A DNA stretch of 64,000 nucleotides from an uncultured Acidobacteriota bacterium (GCA_963718825.1 CAVQZZ010000002.1:2850348-2914347); one strand, 5' to 3'. Positions 23,920 through 33,959 are shown, counted from the first letter of the stretch. Translations and numbers: made by a program. The notes: generated by a model not told the origin, from the letters alone.

Positions 23920-25447
23920 ATGCTGCCCTCATTCTTCGACAGCGTGCTCCAGCTCATCGTCCGGACCTCGACCGATCTGCCGCCCGACGTGCGCGCCGCG
24001 ATGAAGACGGCGCTCGTCGCGCGAGCCCGCCGGCACGCGGTCGTCGCAGGCGCTGACGATCATCGCGCAGAACATCGATCTCGCCGCCGACAGCGAAGGC
24101 GCGATCTGCCAGGACACCGGCATGCCGACCTTCGAGGTGCACGTGCCGGTCGGCGCCAATCAGATCTGGATGCGGCAGCAGATTCGCGAGGCGGTCGCCG
24201 AAGCGACGCGCCGCGGCAAGCTGCGGCCGAACTCGGTCGATTCGATCACCGGCAAGAACTCCGGCGACAACCTCGGCCCGGGCACGCCGATCATCCACTT
24301 CGATCAGTGGGAGCGCGACGACGATCGAGATCAAGCTGATTCTCAAGGGCGGCGGCTGCGAGAACACGAACGCGCAGTACGCGCTGCCGGTCGAGCTGCC
24401 GCATCTCGGCCGCGCCGATCGCACGCTCGACGGCGTGAGGAAGTGCATCCTGCACGCGGTCTGGAACGCGCAGGGCAAGGGCTGCGCGCCCGGCGCGGTC
24501 GGCGTCTGCATCGGCGGCGATCGCACGTCGGGCTACACGCACGCGAAGGAGCAGCTGTTCCGCACGCTCGACGATGTGAATCCGGATCCGCGGCTGGCGG
24601 AGCTCGAAGCGTCGATCATGGCGACGGTGAACGACCTCGACATCGGCACGATGGGATTCGGCGGCAAGGTGACGCTGATCGGCTGCAAGATCGGCGCGCT
24701 CAATCGGCTGCCGGCGAGCTTCTTCGTGTCGGTCGCGTACGACTGCTGGGCGTTCCGCCGCCTCGGCGTCGTGCTCGAACGCGTCGACCGGCGCGATCGA
24801 CGCGCTGGCTCTATCGCGATCCGTCGCATCCGATCATCCCGATGCTCGATCAGGCCGGCTTCGCGCGCACCGGCCGCGAGGTCGCGCTGCGCGCGCCGCT
24901 CACCGAAGACGCAGGTGCGCGTCGCTGAAGGTCGGCGACGTCGTGCTGATCTCGGGCCGCATGTTCACCGGCCGCGACGCCGTGCACTCGCATCTGATGA
25001 AGCACGAGCCGCCGGTCGATCTGCGCGGCTCGGTCCTCTATCACTGCGGTCCGGTCGTGGTGAAGGAAGGCGAGCGGCTGGCGCGTCACCGCCGCCGGTC
25101 CGACGACGAGCATCCGCGAAGAGCCGTATCAGGGCGAGATCATCAAGCGCTACGGCGTGCGCGCGGTGATCGGCAAGGGCGGCATGGGCGCGAAGACGCT
25201 CGCGGCGCTGAAGGAGCACGGCGCCGTGTACCTGAACGCGATCGGCGGCGCCGCGCAGTTCTACGCGCGCACGATCAAGCGAGTCGACGGCGTGTCGCTG
25301 CTCGAGTTCGGCACGCCCGAAGCGATGTGGCATCTGACGGTCGAAGACTTTCCCGGCGATCGTCACGATGGACGCGCACGGCAACAGCCTGCACAAGGAC
25401 ATCGAGCAGGAATCGCGGCGAGCACCTCGCAGACGATCGGCGTGTAG
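23920..25447 (+). CDS. Class I (Fe-S) fumarate hydratase, alpha+beta fused (split)
   Basis: ICQDTG, KGGGCEN, QGKGCAPG, GRDAVH, YHCGPVV, GPTTS and IGKGGM motifs. Confidence 0.9.
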
Positions 25448-25463
25448 GAACGAGCCGAGTGCG

Positions 25464-26402
25464 TTCAGCGCCTCGACCGCGAAGTCCTTGAGCGGCGGGC
25501 CGCTGGTAGTCGTGCTCCATCGCGGCGACGTCCAGATCCATCGTCTCGAGGTCGGCGATCGCCAGCAGCGGAAACGGCGAGAGCTCGGGCACGTCGACCG
25601 TCTTCAGATAGCCGCCGCACGCGCTGCAGACCTCGACGCGGCGATCCTTGCGCTCTTCGTCCGGCGCCGCGGTGACGAACGCCTCGCCGCTCTCGTCGCA
25701 GTAGATGCACGCGTAGGTCGTCAGCTCCCACGCCGATCGCGCAGAACGAACAGCGCAGCGATGCGGTGGCCGCCGACGACTTCGGCGAGCGCCGGCCACG
25801 AGCCGCACGCGGGGCAGTAGCCCGTGGTTCCACTGCGTCGAGCGCGCCGGCCAGCTCCTCGTGCCCGCGAAGAGCGACTGCTGCAGCGCGTGGGCGAACG
25901 GGCTGACGGCGAGCTCGGCGACGAGCCAGACGAGGTCGGGCGCGAGGCCGCGGTGCGACGGCGCCCGTGCGGATCGCGCGTCTGATCGCGCGCGAGCGAC
26001 GCGGTGAAGCAGCGACGCCGGCTCGATGTCGCCCGCTGACGATCGCGTCGCGGATGTGCGTCGGCGGCTTCGCCGGCGCCGCCGTCCGCCAGCGCGTCGC
26101 ACAAGCGCAGCAGCGGCGGGCTGAGCGCGGCGACCGGCAGCGGAATCGGCTCGCCGGCAAGCGCCGGGACGCCGCGCGCGCAGCTTGGCCGCGAGATATT
26201 TCGGCGGCAGCGACAGCCGCGGCAGCCGGCCGCCCTCGATCGCCGTGCCGAGGTCGGATCGACGAGCGTCAGACAGGCGCCGCTGCAGCCGACGGCCGGC
26301 TCGAGGTCGGGCCGGGCCGCCGAGACGGCTGCCCAGCGCCGCTCGGCCGTTTCGAGCAGATCTGCGCGCTGTTCTGGGCAGACAACGGGCACGTACGGCC
26401 AT
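25464..26402 (-). CDS. fdhE: Formate dehydrogenase accessory protein FdhE (split; ends approximate)
   Basis: CPACGSWP, CSFC, CIYC and VCSACGGYLK Cys pairs; C-terminal ADLETMDLD. Confidence 0.8.
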
Positions 26403-26423
26403 GGCTGTTGCTATAATGTTGTC

Positions 26424-26753
26424 ATGATTAACGTATCCGAAACGGCGGCCTCGAAGATCAGCGAGCTGCTGGCCGAAGAGAACAAGGCCGGCAGCGGCCT
26501 GCGCGTGTTCGTGCAGGGCGGCGGCTGCTCGGGCTTCCAGTACGGCCTGATGATCGAGGAAAACGGCCAGGGCGCGGGCGACCAGGTGTTCGAGTCGCAC
26601 GGCGTGAAGCTGTTCGTCGATCCGATCAGCATCCGCTACCTGAACGGCGCCGAGGTCGATTTCGTCGACACGATCACCGGCGGCGGCTTCACGATCAAGA
26701 ACCCGAACGCGACATCGACCTGCGGCTGCGGCTCGTCCTTCAGCGTCGAGTAA
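26424..26753 (+). CDS. erpA: A-type Fe-S cluster carrier (ErpA/IscA/HesB family)
   Basis: LRVFVQGGGCSGFQY and NPNATSTCGCGSSF motifs. Confidence 0.85.
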   Translation: MINVSETAASKISELLAEENKAGSGLRVFVQGGGCSGFQYGLMIEENGQGAGDQVFESHGVKLFVDPISIRYLNGAEVDFVDTITGGGFTIKNPNATSTCGCGSSFSVE

Positions 26754-26804
26754 TTGGCCGTCGCGCCGGCCGGGTCGATCTCGGCCGGTCGCAACCGCCC
26801 TCTT

Positions 26805-27641
26805 TTGATCGATCTCCACACACACACCACCGCGTCCGACGGTCGGATCACACCGGCCGAGCTCGCCGCACGCGCGTCAGCCAGCGGCGTTCAGGTCCTC
26901 GCCGTAACCGACCACGACACCATCGCCGGCTGCGCCGCGGCTTCCCGCGCCTGCGCCGATCTCGGCATCGAGTTCGTCCCCGGCATCGAGATCAGCTCCG
27001 TTATCGACAATCAGGACGTGCACGTCCTTGGGTACTTCGTCGATGTCGATTCCGAAGCGCTGCGCTCGTTTCTCGAGGACCAGCGCCGCCGGCGCGTCGA
27101 CCGTATTCGTCACATCGTCGAGCAGTTGAACGTCCTTGGCATGCCGCTCGACGGCGATGCCCTGGTCCAGCCAGCGGTCGACGATCCGTCGAAGAGCATT
27201 GGACGCCCGGCGGTCGCACGCGCCATGGTCGCGGCCGGTTACGTCGCGTCCACCGGCGTGGCGTTCGAGAAGTGGCTGTCTCACGGACGGCCGGCATACG
27301 TGCCGCGGCCGTCGCTCACTCCGGTAGACGTGTTCAGCCGCATCCACGAGGCCGGCGGCCTTGCATCGCTCGCGCATCCCGGTCTCGTCGACCATGACGA
27401 GTGGATTCCACAGTTCGCCGACGCAGGGCTGGACGCGATCGAGGCGTACCACCCGAATCACGACGATTTCGACCGCGCGCGGTACCTGCACTTCGCGGAA
27501 CGACTTGGTCTCGCCGTGTCCGGCGGATCCGACTACCACGCCGATGATTCACACGGCGCTGCGCATCCAGGCATGGTCTCGCTCCCGCGGGTCCACTTCG
27601 ACGCGCTGGTGCGACGTCGTCGGGAACGGAAGTCCAGCTGA
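26805..27641 (+). CDS. PHP-domain metal-dependent phosphoesterase (TrpH/YciV-like)
   Basis: DLHTHTTASDG, VTDHDT, HVLGY, AHP and GGSDYH motifs. Confidence 0.92.
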   Translation: MIDLHTHTTASDGRITPAELAARASASGVQVLAVTDHDTIAGCAAASRACADLGIEFVPGIEISSVIDNQDVHVLGYFVDVDSEALRSFLEDQRRRRVDRIRHIVEQLNVLGMPLDGDALVQPAVDDPSKSIGRPAVARAMVAAGYVASTGVAFEKWLSHGRPAYVPRPSLTPVDVFSRIHEAGGLASLAHPGLVDHDEWIPQFADAGLDAIEAYHPNHDDFDRARYLHFAERLGLAVSGGSDYHADDSHGAAHPGMVSLPRVHFDALVRRRRERKSS

Positions 27642-27667
27642 GCGCCGCGACGGTACAATAGGCGTTC

Positions 27668-28140
27668 GTGGCTCAAGCGCTTCTCTCCGCCGTCGGGATC
27701 GGATTTGCGGGTCTCGCGGCAACGACCGTTCTCGGCTTGCGGGGCACCGACATCGCGCGGCACGTCTCGTTCGGCATCTTCTCGACGCTGATTCTCCTGC
27801 TCGCGCACTCGATGATGATGTTTTATCTCATCGGCAAGGGAAAGGCGGTGAAGGATGCGATGGCCGAGAACAACGTGACCGGCGACTACTACCGCCGCAT
27901 CGCCGTCGCGCGCAAGCCAGTCTTCTCGATCGGCACGTTCGCGATGGTGGCGATCATGATCGCGGCGATCCTCGGCGCCAGCGTGGACACCGGCGTGCTG
28001 CCGCCGATCGTGCACGGCATGATCGCGTACGGCGCGATCGCCTGCAATCTCGCCGCCGCGAAAATCGAGATCGACGCGCTCGCCGCGTCCAGCCGCATCG
28101 TCGACGAAGTCAACGAGGCCATCGTCCAGCCGGATCGTGA
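27668..28140 (+). CDS. Hypothetical 4-TM membrane protein
   Basis: Four hydrophobic stretches containing His (ARHVSFG, LAHSMMM, IVHGMIA); its stop is probably lost to an indel at the GTGA overlap. Confidence 0.7.
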
Positions 28141-28861
28141 CGCACGGTCCTCGAGCTCGCGAACGTTTCCAAGGATTATCAGGGCCTCCGGCCGCTCCGC
28201 GTCGCGCAGCTCACGGTCGCCGCGGGCGAGCAGGTCGCCATTCTCGGCCTCGACCAGGTGGCAGCCGAGGTATTCGTCAATCTCGTCACCGGCGCGACGC
28301 TGCCCGACGCGGCGAAGTGAAGCTGTTTCGGCCGTCCGACGCATCGAAATTGCGACAGCGCGGAATGGCTCGCGCTCGTCGATCGCTTCGGCATCGTCAG
28401 CGAACGCGCCGTGCTGCTGGACGCGCTGACGGTCGTGCAGAACCTGGCGATGCCGTTCACGCTCGAGATCGAGCCGCCGCCGGCCGATGTGCGGGTTCGG
28501 GCGGAAGCGCTGGCGGCGGAAGTGGGGCTGCGCGGCAGGCGAATGGACGAGCGACCAGTCGCGCGAGCTGGATGGCGGCGGCGCGCGCGCGCGTGCGCCT
28601 CGCGCGCGCGCTGGCGCTGGATCCGGCAGTGGTCCTGGCTCGAACACCCGACTGCGACACGTCCAGGGCGACGAGTCGACCCGGCTTGGCGCCGACATCG
28701 GGTCGATTGCGCGGCGTCGCGGCATCGCGGTCATCGCCGCTCACCGCGGACGTGGAATTCGCGCGCGCGCTCGGCGGTCGCGTGCTGACGCTCGAGGCGG
28801 CAACGGGCGCTCTCCGGCGCGAACTCGCCTTGGAGGCTGGCTTCGGAACCGTCTCGGCTAG
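28137..28861 (+). CDS. ABC ATP-binding-fold protein with degenerate catalytic motifs (split)
   Basis: VLELANVSKDY...GEQVAILG, LTVVQNLAMP and RVRLARALALDPAVV, but no canonical Walker A, Walker B or H-loop. Confidence 0.7.
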
Positions 28862-28886
28862 AATGTGGCGCAAAGGAGAATCGCTC

Positions 28887-29339
28887 ATGTTGAAGACGTA
28901 CCGCCTGCTGCTCACTGGTGTCCTCGTCGCCGCTTGTCTGCCGCCGCCATGGCAGCGCAAGCGCCGAAACCGGCCAAGGCCACGGCAAAACATCCGCGTG
29001 TGTTTTTCGTCGAGCCGAAGAACGGCGCGACCGTCACGAGCCCCGTGCACCTGAAGTTCGGCTCGTCCGGAATCGAGATTTCCCCGGTGCCCCGCAGGTG
29101 ATGTGAAGGCGCGCGTCCAGGAATGGCGCACTACCACGTCGGCATCGATCAGGATTGTCTGCCCGCCGGCAAGACGATCGTGAAGGGCACGCCGTCGCTG
29201 GGTGCATTTCGGCAAAGGCGAGTCGGAGTTCGACACCCAGCTGACCCCGGGAAAGCACAAGCTCGCGCTGCAGCTCGGCGACGACCTGCACAACACGATG
29301 CCGGGCGCCTGCTCCGTCATCACCGTCAACGTGAAGTAG
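28887..29339 (+). CDS. DUF4399-domain secreted protein (split)
   Basis: SD AAGGAG; signal peptide; RVFFVEPKNGATVTSPV, HYH, HFGKG and LTPGKHKLALQLGDDLH. Confidence 0.8.
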
Positions 29340-29489
29340 CGGCTTACATAGAGCGTAGCCGTTTTCGTCGCCCGCAGCGGCCTGTTTACCGCCGAGCCTC
29401 TTCAATATTGCGCCGACTAGACGCGGTGTTGAGGTGGAATGAAAATTGATAATTGTCTCCTGGGCACCGATGTGCCCAAGGAGACTCGA

Positions 29490-29689
29490 ATGCCAGGCGG
29501 CACGATCAAGCGACTCGTTCGGGACAGAGGATTCGGATTCATTCGCGACGACGGCGGGCAGGAGTGGTTCTTCCACCGGAGCTCGGTCCAGGGCAGCTTC
29601 GACCAGCTGAACGAAGGCCAGCGCGTCAGCTTCGACGAAGAGCCGTCGGCCAAGGGCCGCGCGCGGGCAACGTTCGCAGCGAAGGCTGA
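29490..29689 (+). CDS. Cold-shock domain protein (indel near 3' end)
   Basis: GTIKRLVRDRGFGFI (RNP1), FFHRS (RNP2), LNEGQRVSF and KG.RA.NV. Confidence 0.92.
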
Positions 29690-29697
29690 CGGCTCGC

Positions 29698-30411
29698 GAC
29701 GGCGCGGCGGTCCCGCCCACAATCCTCCTTTTCGACATCGACGGCACGCTTGTGCTCACCGGCGGCGCCGGCGGGCGCGCGATGTCGCGCGCCTTCGAAG
29801 ATCTGTTTTCGATCGCGCGACGCGTTCGACGGCATTCCCATGCCGGGCCGGACCGACGCGTGGATTCTCGCCGACGCCGCCGCCGCGCACGGCATTCCAC
29901 CGACGTCCGCCGCCCTCGACGCGTTTCGCGACGCCTACCTCGCGCATCTCGCTCGCGAGCTCGAGCAGCCCGGCCCGCGCAAGGGCGTCATGCCGGGCGT
30001 GCGCGAGCTGCTCGACGCGCTCGCCGCTCGCGAGACGACGTCTATCTCGCGCTGCTGACCGGCAACTACGAGGAGGCGGCGCGGCATCAAGCTCGAATAC
30101 TTCGATCTCTGGCGGTACTTTCGCCTGCGGCGCGTTCGGCGACGATGCGCCCGATCGCAACGGCCTGCTGCCGAGGGCGCTGGCGCGCGTGGTCGAGCGT
30201 GCGGCGGCCCGCGGTTGCCGGCGTCCGACGTCGGTGGTCATCGGCGACACGCCGCTCGACGTCGGCCGTGCGCAGGCCGGCGGCGCGCGCTCGATCGCGG
30301 TCGCGACCGGCAGTCATTCCGTCGAGCAGCTGCGCGCCGCGGGCGCCGACGTCGTGCTCGAGGATCTCTGCGGACACTGAGCGCGTCGTCGCGCTGTTGG
30401 CGTCCGGCTGA
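29698..30411 (+). CDS. HAD-family phosphatase (split; start uncertain)
   Basis: LLFDIDGTL, GRTD, LLTGN, GAFGDD and VIGDTPLD motifs. Confidence 0.85.
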   Translation, partial: DGAAVPPTILLFDIDGTLVLTGGAGGRAMSRAFEDLFSIARRVRRHSHAGPDRRVDSRRRRRRARHSTDVRRPRRVSRRLPRASRSRARAARPAQGRHAGRARAARRARRSRDDVYLALLTGNYEEAARHQARILRSLAVLSPAARSATMRPIATACCRGRWRAWSSVRRPAVAGVRRRWSSATRRSTSAVRRPAARARSRSRPAVIPSSSCAPRAPTSCSRISADTERVVALLASG

Positions 30412-30447
30412 AGCTGAACGCCGCGAGCCGACGCGCTAAGTCGTAGC

Positions 30448-30544
30448 TGGCGGAAGCGCCTGGGAGTCGAACCCAGCCTCCCCGCGTGAGCGGGGAGCGA
30501 CCGATTTTGAAGACCGGGAGGACCACCGGGCCCCATTCACTTCC
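30448..30544 (-). tRNA. selC: tRNA-Sec (UCA)
   Basis: 97 nt from GGAAGTGA to CGCTTCCGCCA; 6-bp D stem GGGGCC/GGTCCT; anticodon arm CCGGT-CTTCAAA-ATCGG; long variable arm CTCCCCGC-TCAC-GCGGGGAG; T arm CTGGG-TTCGACT-CCCAG; encoded CCA. Confidence 0.95.
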
Positions 30545-30604
30545 ATTTCGGTGGTTGGCCGATCGGCTGACGAGAGTGCGGTGATGGCGGCTGGGCGCGA
30601 GCGA

Positions 30605-30635
30605 GCAGAGTCCAGATGAACTATCTGAACTCTGC
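30605..30635. terminator. Hairpin between the csp gene and selC (terminator or processing site)
   Basis: GCAGAGTCCAGAT-GAACT-ATCTGAACTCTGC. Confidence 0.45.
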
Positions 30636-30661
30636 GATCTGTCGCGCTGACCGCGCCGCGA

Positions 30662-30868
30662 TCAGCCTTCGATGAGGCGGACGTCGCCGGCGCGGGGGCC
30701 CTTCTGGGAGTCTTCAGGCGTGAACTCGACCCGCTGACCTTCGCGCAGCAGCTCGAACACCGCGCCGCGGACCGAGCTGCGGTGGAAGAAGTGCTCGATG
30801 CCGCCTTCGTCGCGGATGAACCCGAAGCCCTTGTCGATCAGCAGCCGCGCGATTGTCCCGGTTGGCAT
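30662..30868 (-). CDS. Cold-shock domain protein
   Basis: GTIARLLIDKGFGFI, HFFHRS, LREGQRVEF and KGPRA motifs. Confidence 0.95.
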   Translation of the reverse strand: MPTGTIARLLIDKGFGFIRDEGGIEHFFHRSSVRGAVFELLREGQRVEFTPEDSQKGPRAGDVRLIEG

Positions 30869-31010
30869 ACCCGAAGCCCTCCGTTCCGAACCCCCAGGGA
30901 CATCCCAAGGGAACTCAGCCGGTTACGGGCGCCTGCGAGGAACTACCGCCGTCGGGACGCGAGCCGGCCGAGTCGGATCCAGCCGTTAGATGAGCTGGAA
31001 AATCCGCGCC

Positions 31011-31040
31011 AGTCTAGGCAGTTCAACCGCCGAAAGTCAA
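31011..31040 (-). promoter_or_regulatory. Sigma70-type promoter for csp (and possibly selC), implying a long 5' UTR
   Basis: Minus strand TTGACT-N18-TAGACT, about 140 nt upstream of the csp ATG. Confidence 0.55.
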
Positions 31041-31239
31041 GCGGAGCCCATCCTTTAGCGGGAATCGGGTCAAACGGGCTACCTGCCAGGTTTCGACCTC
31101 GTCCTCGTCCTCGTCTTCGTCGTCTTCACCGTCTTCATCGTCGTCGTCAGTCGTCGTCATCGTCGTCGTCGAGTTCGTCAGGTTCGTCGTCGTCGAGCAC
31201 GTAAGGATTCATAAGTGGAGACAAACTCAGATGATTCAT
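31023..31239 (-). CDS. Small highly acidic Asp/Glu-rich protein (one indel)
   Basis: MNHLSLSPLMNPYVLDDDEPDELDDD..DEDGEDDEDEDEDEVETWQV; ATGA overlap with the upstream gene. Confidence 0.55.
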
Positions 31240-31425
31240 GACGTCGGCTCGGCAGGCTTTGGTCTTCTCGCGATTCGGCGGCGGATACGTCGACCAGAAA
31301 TGACGGCCGCAGCGCGGGCACACCCAGAATTGATCCGGCGTCCACGCCATGCCGGGACCGGGATCGCGCATTTCCATCTCGGTGCCGCAGCGCTGACAGC
31401 GGATGTGGAGGTCGACGTCGGTCAT
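31236..31425 (-). CDS. Small zinc-ribbon protein
   Basis: IRCQRCG...FWVCPRCGRHFW; TAGAAT box 7 nt before the ATG. Confidence 0.75.
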
Positions 31426-31435
31426 GCCGCTGATT

Positions 31436-32282
31436 CTATACTGTAGCTCGTCCGCGCTCTTCGCGCGTGCGCGCAGGATCGTAGACCGGCTTTCCCATCG
31501 GCCGCGTCTTGAGCGCACCCGTGCGTAACGCGGTCACGCGCTGCCGCGCGACTTCACATAGTCGCTCACGATGTCGCATCCGTACGCGTTCCGCCCGTGC
31601 TTCATCGCCGCGATGAGAGAGAACCGACGCCCATGTAGGGATCGAACACGCTGTCGCCGGCGTTTGTGAGCGCGAGCACGAGACGCTCGACGAGCTCCAC
31701 TGGGAACTGGCAAGGGTGGAGGGTCTTCTCGACGTGATTGTTCTTCACGTTCGGAAATATCCACACGTCGCCCGGATTTTTCCCGAGCGGATTTCCCGAC
31801 AGCTCTCCGAGCCTCGGGCCCTTGAAATGCTTTTTCTGCGGATACTTCGATGGCACTCGCACCGCATCGAGGTTAAATGTGTAGTCGTCGCTTTTTGTGA
31901 ACCACAGGATCGTTTCGTAGCGGCCGGATAGCCGCTTCGAACAGTGCAAACCGTGTTCGAAATGCCAGATGATTCGGTTCCGCAGCTTGAGTCCGAGAGC
32001 CTTGAACACGCCGTAGATCGCGATGTCGAGGGGAAATATCTCACCGGCGTTCACATGGTTGCCGACCTGCCAGCAAATGGAGCCGCGGGGGTGCAGGAGG
32101 CGGGCACACTCGGAAATCACCTGCGCCTGCTCTTCGACGTAGTCTTCCATCGTCGTGCGCCGCTCGTACTGCTTGCCGAGGTTGTAGGGAGGTGAGGTGA
32201 CGATCAGGTTCATGCTACCGTCCGTGAGCGGCTTCATGAACGAGAGATTGTCGACCGACTCCATGCGCACGTCAGCGGCCAT
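31436..32282 (-). CDS. Site-specific DNA methyltransferase, beta class (N4-C/N6-A; indels near 3' end)
   Basis: TSPPY catalytic motif N-terminal to HPCQFP and the FDPYMGVGS SAM motif. Confidence 0.9.
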
Positions 32283-32348
32283 GTGTGTGTTCACGCTCGC
32301 AGCGTTCGGAGTGAGACGTCGAGAATATAGCATCCGGTGGAAGCGCGC

Positions 32349-32949
32349 ATGATTCCGGCGATCGTGCTCGCGGCCGGCTGCTCCACGCGGATGGGCCGCT
32401 CGAAAGCGATGCTGCCGCTCGACGGCGGTGATACGTTCCTCACGCGGATCGTGCGCACCTTCCGCGCCGCCGGCATCGACGATGTGGTGATCGTGCTCGG
32501 ACACAGGCGGAGCAGGTCGCCGCAATGTTCGCGGCGAGCGGTCTTCCTGCCCGTCTCGTTCTGAATACGGACTACGAAACGGGTCAGCTCTCGTCGGTCA
32601 TCGCGGGGCTGTCCGTTGTGGATCGCCCAGGCGTTGCCGCGACGCTGTTGACGCTCGTCGACGTGCCGGTCGTCGCCGCAAGCGACGGTGCGGGCGGTAG
32701 TGGTCGTTATCGCGAAACATCCGCGCTCGTCGTCAGGCCGACCTCGGCGATCGACACGGCCATCCGGTGCTGATCGATCGGACGCTGTTCGACCCATTGA
32801 GGCGCGCCGATTCGGCGCAAGGTATCAAGCCGATCATCCGCGCGCACGCGTCAGCCGCCGGCGACGTCCAGGTCGATGACCCCGGCGCGTTTCTCGACGT
32901 GGACACGCCCGCCGAATACGAAGCGCTGATCGCGACGCTCAACTCGTAG
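32349..32949 (+). CDS. MocA/MobA-like nucleotidyltransferase (split)
   Basis: IVLAAGCSTRMGRSKAML, GQLSS, LVDVP, GHPV and DVDTPAEY motifs. Confidence 0.85.
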
Positions 32950-32976
32950 CGAATTCATCGGGCACGCGCCAATGGA

Positions 32977-33855
32977 CTATGCCGTCACCGTTCGCCCGCG
33001 TGTGCGGCTCGGGTCGGTCACTGCCGCGTCGAGCCGCGCCGCGATCGCAGGGAACTCCGCCGTCGGCCCGTTCCAGCGCAGGTCGTCGATCGAGTCGAAC
33101 AGCGGGATATCGGTTCGCAGCGTCGCGAGATCGCGAAAGAGAAACGCCCGGTCCCGCTCGCGGGCGAGTGTTCGAGATAAGGCCGCCGCGCCCGTCGCGT
33201 TGACGCCCCAGGTGCGCCAGTCCTCCGGGATCGATTCGAGGTGCATGTAGCGGGCGAGCACCGCCGCCGTGGATTTCGCGCCCCAGCCGGGCAACCCAGG
33301 ATAACCATCCTGATCGTCGCCGACGAGCGCCAGGTAGTCCGGAATCGATTCGGGATGCACACCGAACTTCGCCACGATATCGGCTTCTGCCCTGATGGTG
33401 CGCGTGCGCCGGATCAATTGGACGACGCGCGTGCCGCGTACGCACTGCGCGAGGTCTTTGTCGGGTGTGCAGATGAGCACGCGTGCCACGCCGGCCGACT
33501 CCGCGGCCGCCGCGCTCGCCGCGGCCAGCGCATCGTCGGCCTCGTACTCGACCATCGGCCACACCGCGACGCCGAGCGCGCTCAGGGCGTCCTCGAGGAG
33601 CGGAAACTGCGCTTTCAGGTCGGGTTCGATACCCGCGCCGGTCTTGTAGCCTGGCCAGAGGCGGTTGCGAAAGGACTCGATCACATGGTCGGTGGCGACA
33701 CCAATGTGCGTTGCCCCGCCGTTGATCAGTCCGAGCACGGACGTGAGCACTCCGCGGACTGCGCCGACCTCTCGTCCGTCGGCGTCCTTTGCGGATGGGA
33801 CGGCGTAATAATGCCGGAACAGCTCGTACGTACCGTCGATGAGATAGACGTCCAG
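32977..33855 (-). CDS. Stand-alone 5'-3' exonuclease / flap endonuclease
   Basis: LIDGTYELFR, YKTG, EADD, DKDLAQ, DYLALVGD and H3TH motif GLPGWGAKS. Confidence 0.9.
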   Translation of the reverse strand: MDVYLIDGTYELFRHYYAVPSAKDADGREVGAVRGVLTSVLGLINGGATHIGVATDHVIESFRNRLWPGYKTGAGIEPDLKAQFPLLEDALSALGVAVWPMVEYEADDALAAASAAAAESAGVARVLICTPDKDLAQCVRGTRVVQLIRRTRTIRAEADIVAKFGVHPESIPDYLALVGDDQDGYPGLPGWGAKSTAAVLARYMHLESIPEDWRTWGVNATGAAALSRTLARERDRAFLFRDLATLRTDIPLFDSIDDLRWNGPTAEFPAIAARLDAAVTDPSRTRGRTVTA

Positions 33856-33959
33856 TCGCGGCCCTCGACCAAGTATATCGAGCGATCAATTCCGATGCGG
33901 TGCGCGGCGGAAGCTTCTATACTTCCGCGGTGGTGATTCTGAGCGGTCGACGATGGGCG

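Noticed and set aside
29439..30380. Csp-HAD fusion (also M16-HAD 11902-12840 and DUF1552-ankyrin 37002-38504)
   Set aside because: The apparent fusions arise from indels that bypass stop codons; paralogs in the window (csp2, operon copy 2) are separate genes.
30411..30450. Genomic island integrated at selC
   Set aside because: The tRNA 3' end abuts the HAD gene; no integrase or duplicated 3' end is visible.
31140..31150. In-frame TGA near selC as a selenocysteine codon
   Set aside because: It lies in a GAC/GAT repeat, and the acidic sequence resumes in another frame, indicating a one-base insertion; there is no Cys-like context or evident SECIS.
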